Of a stretch of 64,000 nt of DNA, positions 40,164 to 52,471 are shown one piece after another. The position numbers and the translations under genes are program-made. Numbering within the stretch: the first letter of the stretch is position 1; each line of letters starts with the position of its first letter. The notes beneath the pieces were generated by a model that was not told the DNA's origin, did not search any database, and worked only from the letters and a program-made list of their open reading frames with translations. The stretch is from Amoebidium appalachense (Eukaryota; Protista; Ichthyosporea): assembly GCA_963693365.1 (NCBI GenBank), contig CAVNZM010000003.1, forward strand, positions 2,858,606-2,922,605, read 5' to 3'.

Positions 40164-41547
40164 AATTTGGGCGTTCAAATTTGAGCCTTGGAGGGGGCCA
40201 CAATGCACTGTAGCTGCATGGTGTGCAGTCACAGGTCTAGGGTGGTCGGCAGGTAGGGCCACAATCTGCCTGGTTGGTCGTTATAGAGGCTCTGTCGAGT
40301 GGGGAGGGCAGGACACCCCCCTGCATGCACAACATCTGTGTGTGTAAACCAGACCCACCGACGTCTCCCCCCCCCCCCTCCCCCCCCCCCCCCCCCCCCA
40401 GCCGGCCCTGCCCCCCCTTGTCCCCGGGTGCTGACCACTACGTGTCTTCCCAGGATGGTCTGCTGCTGCCAGACACTGCGCCCCAACGGCTAAGGGTGTG
40501 GACAGACCTGTACTGGTAGGGGGGGGGGGGGAGGGACAGGCCTGTACTGGTGGGGGGGGGGGGGGGGGACAGGACTGTACTGGTAGGGGGGGGGGGGAGG
40601 GGGAGGGACAGGCCTGTACTGGTAGGGGGGGGGGGGGGGGGCAGGCCTGTACTGGTAGGGGGGGAAGAGGGGGGGCAGGCCTGTGTTGGCAGGGGAGAGG
40701 ATGAGAGGGGGGGCAGGCCTATGTTGGTAGGGGAGAGGATGAGAGGGGGGGCAGGCCTGTGTTGGTAGGGGAGAGGATGAGAGGGGGGGCAGGCCTGTGC
40801 TGGTAGGGGGGTGCTGACAATATGTGCAGCCAGTACGAGCCAGACGTGCAGCCGCAAGAGGACAGCAGCAGTGCCGTGGTGAGTTGGGGGGGGGGGTGGG
40901 GGGTTAAAGGGTGCCGCGTGTGTCTGTGGTGCTGACTGCATGGTGCAGGGTGAGCTGTGGCAGGAGGTGCTGTGGCTGCAGGCTGCTGTGAGCCGCATGG
41001 AGGCAAAGGTGGCGGCCCTGGCCCAGGCACAGGACACGGCACACACAGAGTGGCTCACTGCACTGCACACGGTACTGTGCCCCCTTGCACCAACCAACAC
41101 CCCCCCCTCTGGGCAGGCACCAACAGCAGGGCGCACAGGTGGCGCAGGACCAGCCCAGCTGCAGGGATGAGGTGGACTGTCTGCTTGCAGCACATGAGGC
41201 CCCAGAGCAGCCCGCCATGCATGCGGGGTAGGTGCATAAGCGCCCCCAGCACCCCCTGATGGCTGGCCTCCTGCCCTTCTATACATGCAGCACCATGTGC
41301 CCCCACAGCATGATGATGACCTCACTCCAGCCCCCGTGTCCTCTCCCAGTCACACACCCTTCACCTACACGCATTCATTCACAGCACCCCCTGCCTTGCA
41401 TACAGGTGCATGCCACAGTCCTGCACACCGTGATCTTCGTGACATTTGCATGCACATACAAGCAACATGAACACTCAAGTGTACAGCAAAGCTCATCACG
41501 AGTGCCACACTGGCACACACCGGATCCGCACACACACACACAAATAC

Positions 41548-41580
<33 letters not shown>

Positions 41581-42304
41581 AACACACATACTGTTGCACA
41601 CGGAAGAGATCGGGAGGGGGGGGGGGGGAGGGGAGGGGGGGGGGGAAGAGGGGGGAGGGGGGTATAGGGAGGGGGAGGGGGGAAGATACAGAAAAGAGAG
41701 AGAGAGGCTTGCAGGAAAGAGAGAGACAAGAAGTAGCGGAGAGAGCAGAGACGCTCACACACACACACACCACGGCTATGCACACCCATGAAAGCACCAT
41801 GTGGGCATTTGGACACAAACACTACCTAAGCACACTGGCACTCCAGTCAGTGCCCGGGTTTATATTCAGACGTGCTGTGATAAGTGGGTGTTAAATGCAC
41901 ATGGCAAATGCTTGGGTGGGGGATTTGATGTGCTGACCGTGTGGCTTCAGATCCAGCAACAGTGTGCCTGCCTGGCCGGCTATGGTAGGTGGATGCTATG
42001 GCCGGAGGCGGGGGGGGGGGGGGGGGGGGGGGGGCATGGTTCTGACTGGTTGGTTGACCGTTAGGAGTCTGCAGGGGCCTGTGAGAGCTGCCGGGTGCTG
42101 TTTGGGCCGCAGGGGCCCAAGAAGGTGGGTCAGGGGCAGGCTGGGGGAGGGGGGAGGGAGGGAGGCGCTGACGGTGTGCAGCATGTGTGCTGGGTGTGCT
42201 GCCGCGTGCTGTGTGCCGACTGCTCCCGCTGGCGGCTGCTGGCCCCGGACCTGCACTACCAGAGCCACGTGCGCGCATGCAAGGCCTGTGCCGCCAGACC
42301 CTGA
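32165..42304 (+). CDS. Myotubularin-related phosphoinositide 3-phosphatase (MTMR6/7/8-like) with coiled coil and degenerate C-terminal FYVE finger, many exons
   Basis: [18 protein letters not shown]; [39 protein letters not shown]; active site [10 protein letters not shown] (37657-37686); [20 protein letters not shown]. The start (MDTADQVK|VDKV) and the 3' exons are inferred. Confidence 0.9.
32980..33193 (+). repeat. ~29-bp tandem array, each unit ending in branch-like CTGAT + GCAG acceptor
   Basis: Eight copies of (C)TGATTGGCTAGCAG; the last is the acceptor of the VDKVYLE exon. Confidence 0.9.
33998..34357 (+). repeat. 50-bp tandem array containing GCTAAC branch + CATGCAG acceptor
   Basis: CATGCAGG recurs at 34001, 34051 ... 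34351; the last precedes the VPYQTIV exon. Confidence 0.95.
34735..35008 (+). repeat. 28-30-bp tandem array containing CTGAC branch + GCACAG acceptor
   Basis: About 9 copies of GGTGCATGGCCACTGACTTTGCACAG filling nearly the whole intron. Confidence 0.93.
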
Positions 42305-45300
42305 CGGCCAAAGGCAAAGGGGCATGAGAAAAGTGCACCCGGGCCGTGTTCCAGCTTGCGTGGCTTATGGATGGGGGAGGGAGGGAGGGGGGGGGGGGGG
42401 GGAGGGGAGGGGGGGAGGGGGGGAGGGGGGGGGGGAGGGAGGAGGGAGCGAAGGAGGAAGGACCTGAGTGCAAGCCATTAGTAAACACTCGATCCGATCT
42501 TGGGCCTTCATAAACCTAGAGTGAAAACCTTGAAAGGGTTAGAACTTGAAGACCTTAGATGTAAGCTCGATGGTGAAGGAGCAAAATGGAAGATGTATTT
42601 GTAATGCTGACTTGATCAGATGCAATTGTCTTCATACTTGCCCAATCAGAAATATAATAATGCTGTGTACATTTAATTCTGGAATTGGACAATCATGTGA
42701 ACCCTCGAGGGTACAAGAACCACGACTGACTGGCTCAGTCATCACTTTACTAGTTGAATGAGAAATACTCAATGACAGAGTTTCCTGTGTGTCTGTGGTT
42801 TGATGTTCTCCACCCCAGATATGCATGGACTGTGGTGCTCTGAAACACACTCATGCTATGTACACCGCCACGGAGTACCATGACACACCATGGCATACCA
42901 TGACGCCAACTTAGACATGACCGACAAACCCGGTGGTTAGCAGATTGTTCTGCAGCCAAGAGACAGACCCTTCCTCGTGATCAAGCCATGCCATGACTAA
43001 TATGTATCTTCCACGAGAAGACAAACGAAATTATAGCTCGATCGGCATCATTAGACCTATTTTTTAAAATCCAATGGTTAGCAATCAATATAGTTTTATA
43101 GTTTGAGATGGGACCAAATCGATTTGATGATTGGTCAATTTCACGATTCAAGTCCAATCGTCATCCGAAGGCTTGAGAAAAAGGTTTTTTGAATCGGAAC
43201 TTGTAAAAAACCACATATACCCTGATAAACTTTTTCTGGCGGCGCGCTGCCAACAAACAAATGGTACCGCCCGATAGACAAAAAAAAGTTAGCCTTCATT
43301 TAAACGTAGGTTTGAGGGGGTTCCAATCGGTGCGAAGGGTCGAAAATCGCAAAAAACGAAGTTTTTCTTCTCGTGGAAGATACATATTAGCATCCCGGTG
43401 ACAAAAAAAGACTGGACTCCTTGAACAGAACAGTATGGCAGCAACTTCTGTGCACCAACAAGTTGTAACAGTTCAACCCGACACACATGCTGGCATGTAA
43501 TTTGAGAATGAAAAGCCCTGAATGCAATGAAGGAGACTCCATGCCATGTGCAATGACACCAACGAACCAAGTACGCACGTCTCAACTTGAAGGTTTGCAT
43601 TACCCTGAAGCCCTGGTCAACCGTCAATATCCGGCACAAATAATTGTTCAACTTGAAGGAGGAAGCACAGCTGTAACCGCAAGTGCCAGGCCTCAGTTTT
43701 GCCCCCGCAACAGGACGCACCGTAGAATGATGACCCATGACCAAGATGCCACTCTGCCGTGCCTGTCATGTGCTGAGCTGATTCATATTAGGTTGCTTCT
43801 ATATTTTGTGTTTTGGTGAGTGAATTTCGGGGGTTTTCTTGCATAGTGATTCCGGGGTCTAAGTGTAGTATGGGGAGATTATTCAGTGGTATGGGGAGAA
43901 TCTGATGCAGCAGCGGCTGATTGTTTGGTGCGCGCGTGCATGCCCCATGCCTCTGCGTACTCTCTATGTTAAATGTTGTATTGCTTCTTGCTGTGTGCTT
44001 GGCGAGACCCATGTTGCCTGCTCGCGTGTGTGTATGCTTGTATGTATTGTGAGTAAAGGTGTGTACGTGTGCTGTAGGGGTGCCTGAGGTGGCGGTAGCC
44101 AATGGTGTGGAGTGCGTGTAGCCTGTGGGGGAGGGAGTGTTGTGATTGGCTGAATGTCACTGTGGTATTTGTCTGGCCAGTGGGCCGCGTGTCTGTGAAG
44201 TGTCTCGCGGGGTCGCGGGCTTTTCGAAGTTCTTCTGAGAACACGTAAAACTCGCTTCCCACCCAACTCAAAGAAAAGTTTATACGTATACACAGTTTCA
44301 AGCCCCTTTAAGCGTGCAGATAGTTAGAGTAGTTCGTATACACGCGAGGGCGTAACACGACAGTGCCAACGGCCCCACACCATCCATCGCCATTCCCTCA
44401 GTCACCATCTCTCAAGCCTACCATGAAAATGTCACTCATAAGAAAGAAACCAACAACTTGCGGTCAGATCAACATGGATCGGATGGGGCCACAGTACAGT
44501 CAAGTTTGCACTCTCATGTGAACATGAAATTAATCTAAACGGGAAAACAGGAAATAAAGTTTTAGAAAGTTGAAAGGCTTCTGTCATAGTTCTGTGGCCC
44601 GGTTGTCGAAAACATATGTAGCAACTTAACTTCGGTGAAGTTCGATGCCTTGTCACGGCGTAACTTAATGCTGGAAACTGTTAAAGAACCACTCGGCAGC
44701 TTGACTCAAAGATCGAATCCTGCGGATGCGCAAAATTTAATGTTTATTTGATTCGGAATCTGAAAGGGAAGGAAACCGGCGGTTGGCTGTGGCCAGTCAT
44801 GCCAACTGAGCAACTTTTATAACTCCTATAAAAGACCCGAAGTCAGTCGAGAAACCGTTATACAAACGGATCATATAACTTGATCATCGGATACCTTTAC
44901 CTAATCCACTTCGTGAAAAGTGGAGGTCTCCAAGTCATATAGATCATTCTGCCGATCATTTGCCAAATAAAAAACTAGCAGGCCGGATCGAAGAGTTGGG
45001 CCCGAAATTCTTTTCATTCACAAGCAGCAGCGTTCCATCAGTAATTCCTCCTTCACGCCGGAGTATATCATACGGAAAAACACGAATCAATGTGGCGACA
45101 TGGTTTGCATGTGATTTGCACCCTGACAGCCATTAGCTACTAGTCCCACGAACATTCCTAGCACACAGCCTGAGGTTGTTATATATACACCTGACCGTAG
45201 TAGGGACTTTTTTTGTAGAGTGGGGAGGGGGGGAGGGGAGGGGGGAAATTGCGGACCCAATCAAATGGCTCAAATCCTTTCTTTGAGAGGGAATTGCGAG

Positions 45301-46627
45301 CCCAATCAGATACTTGAGTAATATCGAGTTGAAGGCTGAACAACATTAGCTTAAAAGAGCTAATAAACTCCCATAAATAGCTGGTTTAGCTCATATGACT
45401 CTCAGATAATCCAATTCCATGACTTAGCTGCTTTTATGCAAGCGATATACTATATTTCTTCGCATAGAAAGATGCTGTTTGTGCCCGCCATAACTAACAC
45501 TAAACCGATTTTTGATGCCCTCCTCTCCACAAACGGCTTGAGCTGATTGACCGAAATGGAAGGAGATCGGAATGCAGCGTAACTATGGAACACTAATAGA
45601 ACACTAAGAATGTGTATATGCTATGGATATTGCACATGTCATACACGTTGAACGAGCCACGATTTCAAAGATATGCCTAATGCATATGTGCGGATATCTA
45701 TACTATGTGCATATGCTGTGCACAGACTGAGTGTGTACACGTATTAAGTACCATCAAAGGAACACCAGGATGTCTAAACATGATATGTGCTGTGCACCTT
45801 CGTAAATGCCATAATATGATGTACGATACAGGCTACTACTAGTAGCATATCTGTGCATGTCACAGGTGTGGTTCTGTCCATAAGACATCCCGTGGCTATC
45901 ACATGGATATGAAATACATTATGAACTATTTCCACCAGGGAATTAAAGAAAAAAATTTGCCTACGAGGTAGTCTTTTGTATTTTCGGCGCCATGATACAA
46001 CTGTACATTCCAGGCATATGTACTCAAAGGGCATTGATAGCATAAAGTTTCGGGTGATATGTAAAGCTAGCTGACCACATGGCTGTCTACTGCCACGTTT
46101 TGCACAAAGACTTCTCCTGAGAAACAGCAAATTTTGAGCATCATGTCGCTTCCACTGAGGTCTGGTAAGTTAGTTAGTAATACAGACAACTTTGAATATT
46201 ACAGCCACTGCCGGTCCAGTCTGATGTCTGTGCACAGCACACATGCATGCTCAGGATGCACATAACATGTATGCTGGAATCTGCAGCACATTCAGGCAAT
46301 ATTTAGTTTGTAAACATGAATTCTTTGCAGGAGAATTAGATAGCCCCGTTGGAGTGAAATTGTGTGTTGCGAGTGTGCTGTAAACTTCGTAGTAGTAATA
46401 TGTTGCAGGCCTTGGTGTGTTTGATGTGTGTGCAAAGTTTCAGGAGTGCTAGCATTTTTATTTAGGGAGCTGTAGTTGTTTTATATTCTGTGGGATATGC
46501 CATATGGATATATTGATGAGTGTGAGTTATATCTAGTCCGAAATGGGCGGCAATTGATTTGGTCTTTGTGATCTGGGGGTTTTAGCCACTTGTGAAAAAT
46601 TTTCATTGGTTGATGTGCAGCAAAAAT

Positions 46628-46653
46628 GACAGTACCTCAGTGATACGGTGTTC

Positions 46654-46745
<92 letters not shown>

Positions 46746-47300
46746 CCGCCTGGTATAGAGGCCAATTTCTCGACTGTACATGTATGATTCATGCTAACAT
46801 TTATTAATTTAATGCAGACGTGGCACTGCTGGACGTACACGTATACAGATGGTCTACAGTACATGTATATACACATACCATAAATGGCGCCCCCATACTC
46901 TACAGAAACTTCTACTCACAAGTACATGTAACAGGTGCTAGAATCCGTACAACTGATTATATGACATGAACATGACATGACACAAAACATGACAACAAAA
47001 ACATGATACATCACTTGATAAAACGTCTAGCTACCTGCATGTACACATACTGATTTACGGACACACTGTCAAACAGTCGGAGATTCACACATACAGAACA
47101 TGTACATTGTGGAAATTTCTCTCTCTCTCTCTCTCTCATGAGGCTCCTCACCGTGCCCACTCCCCTCTCTCTTTCTCTCTCTTTCTCTCTCTCTCTCTTT
47201 CCAAGGCTCTCTCTCTCTCTCTTTCTCTCTCAATATCTGTCTCTGTCTCTCTCTCTCTCTCTCTCTATCTCAAAATTTCTTATCAAATGCCCCCCCCCCC

Positions 47301-47331
<31 letters not shown>

Positions 47332-48297
47332 GAGCTGCCGTCTGAGCAATAGCCACCTGAGAGGTGTAGAGCCCTGGATAACTCTTCATCAATCAAATGC
47401 AAATCGATGTAGATATACGGTGGATATTTTCGGAAAACTTTGCACATTTCACACGGCACACTTAGCCACACTTATGTCAGGCCCCACCGCAATCACCTCA
47501 TTATTGCCAAGCGATATGGACCACAAACCTACTATGAGCCTGCTAAATACGTGCTTTCAATCTTTCTTCTGTACTTATACATAGAATACAGACAGATAGC
47601 TATATAAAAAGAGAAAAATTAAAAAAGTGAAGGTACACGTAGTAATGCGTTATGGTCAATTCAGGATATATTTGCACTAGGTAAGGGGGGGGGAGATCGG
47701 CGAGGGGGAGGGGGGGGAGGGGGGGGGAGGGGGGGGGGGGGGGGCGGGAGGGCGTGAGAGGGGGAAAGGAGTGAATTTCCCATCGTAAGTATGAGCACCG
47801 TGTACTGTAATGCACATTTTGGGGCGGTGCCGGATATATTTACACACTGCCTGCAGGCAAAAGTAGCTATACGTGCTCGCGGAATACATTATTTCTAACT
47901 ACATTTTGAATAAAACAAATACTAACATATTTCTTTATAATAAAGCCTGATATAAAGCCTCACTAGTATTTAGTCCATATGCACCATTATACGTACTGAT
48001 GATACGGGGGTCGCATGCTGAGTCGCATGTGACGCGGCAGCATACGGCCTACAATTTCCAGCCCTGCGCCAGCGTGGCAGGTTGTGTGACGTCATCTGTA
48101 TGACGTCAGTTGCGGGTCGGCCCGGGAACCAGTGTTTCGAGCCGGGAACCACTGTTTCAAACTCGGGAACCAGTGTTTCGAGCCGGGAACCACGGTTCTG
48201 GCCCGGGAACTAGCCCCTAGATTCGACCCGTGTTTGTTCCCGGGAACTGCATTCCAGCAGCTGGAATGCGGGAACACCGTATCACTGAGGTGCTGCC
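46628..48297. mobile_element. Non-autonomous TIR element, 29-bp TIR, 8-bp TSD (Merlin-like by structure)
   Basis: TIRs 46628-46656 / 48269-48297 (2 mismatches); TSD GCAAAAAT at 46620-46627 and 48298-48305; empty site in copy B (~54300); CGGGAAC subterminal repeats at 48122-48247. Confidence 0.85.
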
Positions 48298-48344
48298 GCA
48301 AAAATTCCATTGTGGTAGATTTCATGGATTTGATAGGTTCTAAG

Positions 48345-50941
48345 CACGGCCATCTAGAAACACGGCCATCTAGAAACACCAGGCCGTCTAACGCGATTAA
48401 CATTCCCGGGATAATGACATCTTAACCAAAAAAGGCTATTCTGCATTCCACAAGGGGGTGCGGCCTACTTTTCATGGCAACCGCGTATCCAGACGATTAC
48501 GTAATCGTGCATTGAATTTGAAGATCCGAATCGGGTCACACCACGGCCCATAATGCAGCGCTTATCATTTGTAAATATTATATACTCAAATCGAATCGGG
48601 CTGAAAGAAAAGCCCGACGGGTATCGCGGAGAAAACTCAGGCTGCTGCACTTGCCGTACAAACAAAAGCATGAGTAAGCTGTTTTTCTGCTCCACTTTTT
48701 TTGTCTTGTTGTTGTGAGCACTTTGAGCCACTTTGGGCATATAATGAGAACACAATAATCTATCTAACATATACCTTCATTTGCAAGGATGGCATACGGC
48801 AACTGTTATGGCTGGTAGACCCGGATCCGTTCCGGTTTCTCTCTGTTCCCGCCCTCCCTCCTCTCACTTTTTGGCGAGCGGACCTCAAGCGTTAGCGTGT
48901 TGCTGCTCAGTCCTCGCAACTGTACGGGTTTCCACTTTTCGGTGAAAGCCGCTACTATATGGCATTGCATGGTGCAAAGCTCTTCATTATAACAGCAGCA
49001 TCGGCAGCAAAACACCTTGGAAATGTGGTGAGTACAAGAGCTCTCTTGTCGCTCCGTAACCCCTAACAACCGGCACAGGTCTCCCGGACGGCCCTGTTTG
49101 AGTTTCTTTATGTCCCTTGTTACCAAGTATTTTTGTCACAACTCTGACATAAAAGGATAACCGTTGTATTTTCTATTGTCTTTTTGCTGACCGCTCTATT
49201 ATTCAGACCAACTACCCATGTACCTGGGTTCAAACACGACATCTCTATCTCAACGTTTTACCTAAGCCTAAGCCATGTTTTTCCAGTTACTGTTTTGGTT
49301 GGAATGTTTGATACACGTGTGTAAGTTCTTGCCTCTCTCTGCACACACACACACACACACACCCACACACACACACACCCACACACACACACACACACAC
49401 ACGCACCCACACACACAACACCCACACCCACACACTTATCCCAAAGCTCACACACACACACGTACACACGTACACACACACACACGCACAACACATACAT
49501 TCACTCTGTATCTATGAATTTATGTGGATATATGTATATGTATATACGTATTTATATATGTCCAAACTGCACATGTTGAAAAACAACGTCACTACACTCA
49601 GGGCTACACCTGCACTTCATCGTGCAGGTTATCAGCTAAAGTTGCTTGGTTATTCAACATGCTATGCCCGTTTGTTTTTATATTCACAACAGGTTGTCTC
49701 TACTTTTGCACTACATCTACCCGTTACACATCTATTTTAGGGTGTGGTACTTAACAAATTGGCGGTGGTAAGGGGTTGCGCTGGCGGGGAGGCGGGTAGG
49801 AGGGCAAAGGCTACGTAGTGACCATCGGATGTGAAATGGACATGATGTCCGGCTAGTATGGGGAAAGGGAGCGTCCCGTTTTCGGTTTCCTTAATTTTGG
49901 CGTGGGTTTGAACACAAAAACTCGACGCCACACCGGTTGTGGTCTTATGGGCTGACCAGCACGGATGGTGTAGAATTGCTTGGCACACGGCATCAATGAA
50001 GTTAGTGTCTGCAAACCTAATTTGGTCTGCAAGGACACGAGCATGCTCCTGCTCGAGCATAAGACGCTTGCTTCGCTCCTCTGCCTCTCGTTCGCTAAGT
50101 TCCCGTGCACGTTTCTGCTGTGCTTCACGCTTACGTGCGTCTTTCTCCGCTCGTAACTGTTGCTTGCGCTCCTCCTCCGCCAACCGTAGTATAGCGGCTT
50201 CTGCCTCGATTCTGTGTGCCTCCCTTTTCGCTGCTGCCATTCTCATGTTTATGCTCCTTTCACCTAGAACGATGGTTTTAGTTGGGTCCTTAGGGTCAGA
50301 GAAGATGCGAGGGGCAATGGGTGGGTCGGAATTGGGATCGCGAGAGAAGATCGCTTGCTTAAGGGGCCGGTTCCCTCGCGTTGGATCACAGGACCCCTTG
50401 GGAAAATAATCTGCGTCAACGAAATGCTTGACGCAGACGTGAGGCCTACCATCTTTGTATGTTTCAAAGAAGCATGCCCTGCTACCCCATACATCCCCTG
50501 CCTGAAGGCAACTTTCATACCACAACTGCCACAGCTCTGGCTGCTTTTCCGGGTCGGGAAACCTAAAAGTAGAAACGGTAACGCTCTGGCCGACACCGGC
50601 TTGCGGGTTTACATTTTCCTTACCCCTGTCCTTTCGAGTCTCACTAGCATAGTTACTCTTATAGTTGTATACAATGCACTTGTTCCCCATGATCTCTAAA
50701 GCGGAAACTAACCATCCCTAAAAAGATACAACGCCATGGCATGTTAAACGTCAAATAAAAATTAATGAAATTTAACTCGTTTGTAGAGCACGTTGCTGCC
50801 GAAGGCGAATAAATCTGTGGAGATCATTTTCCCGTCATTTTAGTAGGCCGCACCACCCCCGAGACCAAAAAACTTGCGCAAACAAATGAGCTAATTCCGA
50901 TGCCGTTGCCTTAGACGGCCTGGTGTTTCTAGATGGCCGTG
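48345..50941 (-). mobile_element. P-element-like transposon (31-bp TIR, 8-bp TSD), internally deleted
   Basis: Perfect TIR CACGGCCATCTAGAAACACCAGGCCGTCTAA at 48361-48391 / 50911-50941; TSD GTTCTAAG at 48337-48344 and 50942-50949; empty site at ~54339; THAP ORF inside. Confidence 0.9.
49737..50690 (-). CDS. THAP domain + coiled-coil protein (N-terminal part of a P-like transposase)
   Basis: MGNKCIV..., FRFP...LWQLW, VCVKHF and PP (THAP; the expected second Cys appears as Tyr), then an E/R/K/A-rich coiled coil; no RNase-H core seen. Confidence 0.75.
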   Translation of the reverse strand: MGNKCIVYNYKSNYASETRKDRGKENVNPQAGVGQSVTVSTFRFPDPEKQPELWQLWYESCLQAGDVWGSRACFFETYKDGRPHVCVKHFVDADYFPKGSCDPTRGNRPLKQAIFSRDPNSDPPIAPRIFSDPKDPTKTIVLGERSINMRMAAAKREAHRIEAEAAILRLAEEERKQQLRAEKDARKREAQQKRARELSEREAEERSKRLMLEQEHARVLADQIRFADTNFIDAVCQAILHHPCWSAHKTTTGVASSFCVQTHAKIKETENGTLPFPILAGHHVHFTSDGHYVAFALLPASPPAQPLTTANLLSTTP

Positions 50942-52471
50942 GTTCTAAGTCATTTCTTCATATTTCCATAGGCAAAAATGTGGGCCGCACTATATAATGA
51001 GCTTGCGCGGCCCCAGGGAGGTCAGTTGCGGCGCCACTGAGCGTGTTTAGGTCTCTTTAGGCCCAATTTTTTAGCTAGGTTTTTTAAAACTCTAGTCCCC
51101 GTTTTTCGCGCTGTTGTTCGCTTTTTCTCTAGTTTATTTTGCCCAGGAGCGCGCGCTTAGCTTCGGCAGCATCTTGTATGAATTTTGCGTGCGCGCCGTT
51201 GCGTTTTAGCTGGTTTTCGGACGTTTTTTTTTTTTTTTGCGGTTACGTTTTTCCCGCGTTTTTTGTATTTTGCAGTCTTTGTTTTCAAGTTTTCGTGCTC
51301 TAGTCTGGTTTGTGAGCATTGCAATGGCCCCTCCTCCTGCTCTGGTCGCCAAGAGGGCCGCTCTCCTCGAAAAGCTTTTGGAGATCTCTACCGATGCGGA
51401 CGACGTAAGTCTCAAAAGTCTGGCCGTTTTGTAGTCCAACGCCCTCCCCTGGAACAGCCTGCCGGCAGAAACCGTCAACAGTGTGGTTTCAGCCCTCAAG
51501 GCGCGCTTGGTGGCTTTTGATGACCCTGAGATGGTCGGTTGAAAAGTCACCGACCAGCTTCACTTGCTCTGTCGCACTCCTCGCAGCGGCCGTGCCTCAG
51601 GCTCCCCCCCACCTGGGTTGCCCTCTCCCCAGCGGCGTTCTGATGGTGTAGACGTCCAAAAGCAGCTGCAGGCGCTTTCTGCCCAAGTGCAAGCCCTCTC
51701 TGTTGCCCAGTCTGGTCGCCCCAAGAAGCTTTCTGTCGGCGTCCTGCTGAGCACGCTGTCTGCGCGGGCAAAGGGCAAGGAGCCTGTCTATGTGTCTGAC
51801 ACGGGCAGTGAAGACACCCCATCGTCGAGTGAGGATTCTTCTTCCAGCAGCAGTGGCTATGGTCGTTCCTCTCGCAGCCGTCGTTCCTCTGGCCGTTTCA
51901 AACCCAACCCCAGTCGTTATCTGCTGTCCAGCGGCACCAAAGTCAACCTGCGCGTCAAAGAACGTCTGGCCCCTTCCTACCTCAAGAGCACCTTGGCTGA
52001 CCAGGCCTCGGTCACTGCGGCTGTCCACTCGGCGGATTGGGTCAGCTACTGCAACAAACGGGAGGCTCTGACGCTTGCCCGTATGCTGGATCTGCTGCTG
52101 GCTGCCGACCCTAAGGCCCGCAAGGCGTCGCCTGCTGTTGAAGTTGGTGTGCGCCGACTGCTGGCTGTGCAGACTGCTGATCAGTCCAACGAGGACTGAG
52201 CTGTTGGAGAGCAGTTTGAGGAGCTCCCTGCGCGCAGCCTACCCCTGCCCCCTGCCTTGGCCACCCGGGCTGTTCGTCAAGCCAAGACCCTCGCCGAAGT
52301 CACCCGGGCTCGGCGCGGTCCCGGCAGTGGCGGCGCCGGTCAATCGACCCCTCCGGGGGCCGGTGCCTGCTTGTGAGATTGATCCACAGGCACCGGCTCA
52401 TGTATCCCATTGCTGGGGCTGGTAAAGACGACGCTGGAATAAGAAGCACTATCCTCACTTGGAAGTCCTGC

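Larger units (their letters stand above)
46305..52370 (+). mobile_element. Copy A of a dispersed repeat with a Gag-like ORF (possibly a DIRS-type retroelement), carrying two nested DNA transposons
   Basis: Starts at the same AGTTTGTAAAC terminus as the copies at ~53985 and ~58260; ORF from ATG 51324 with in-frame stops; EALTLARMLD...RRLLAVQTA...W motif. Family assignment is inference. Confidence 0.65.

Noticed and set aside
20187-42304. Lipid-metabolism gene cluster (phosphotransferase, squalene synthase, myotubularin)
   Set aside because: The genes act in different pathways; there is no evidence beyond adjacency.
42500-46300. AT-richer region resembling decayed coding sequence
   Set aside because: No recognisable motifs or termini in the frames I could read.
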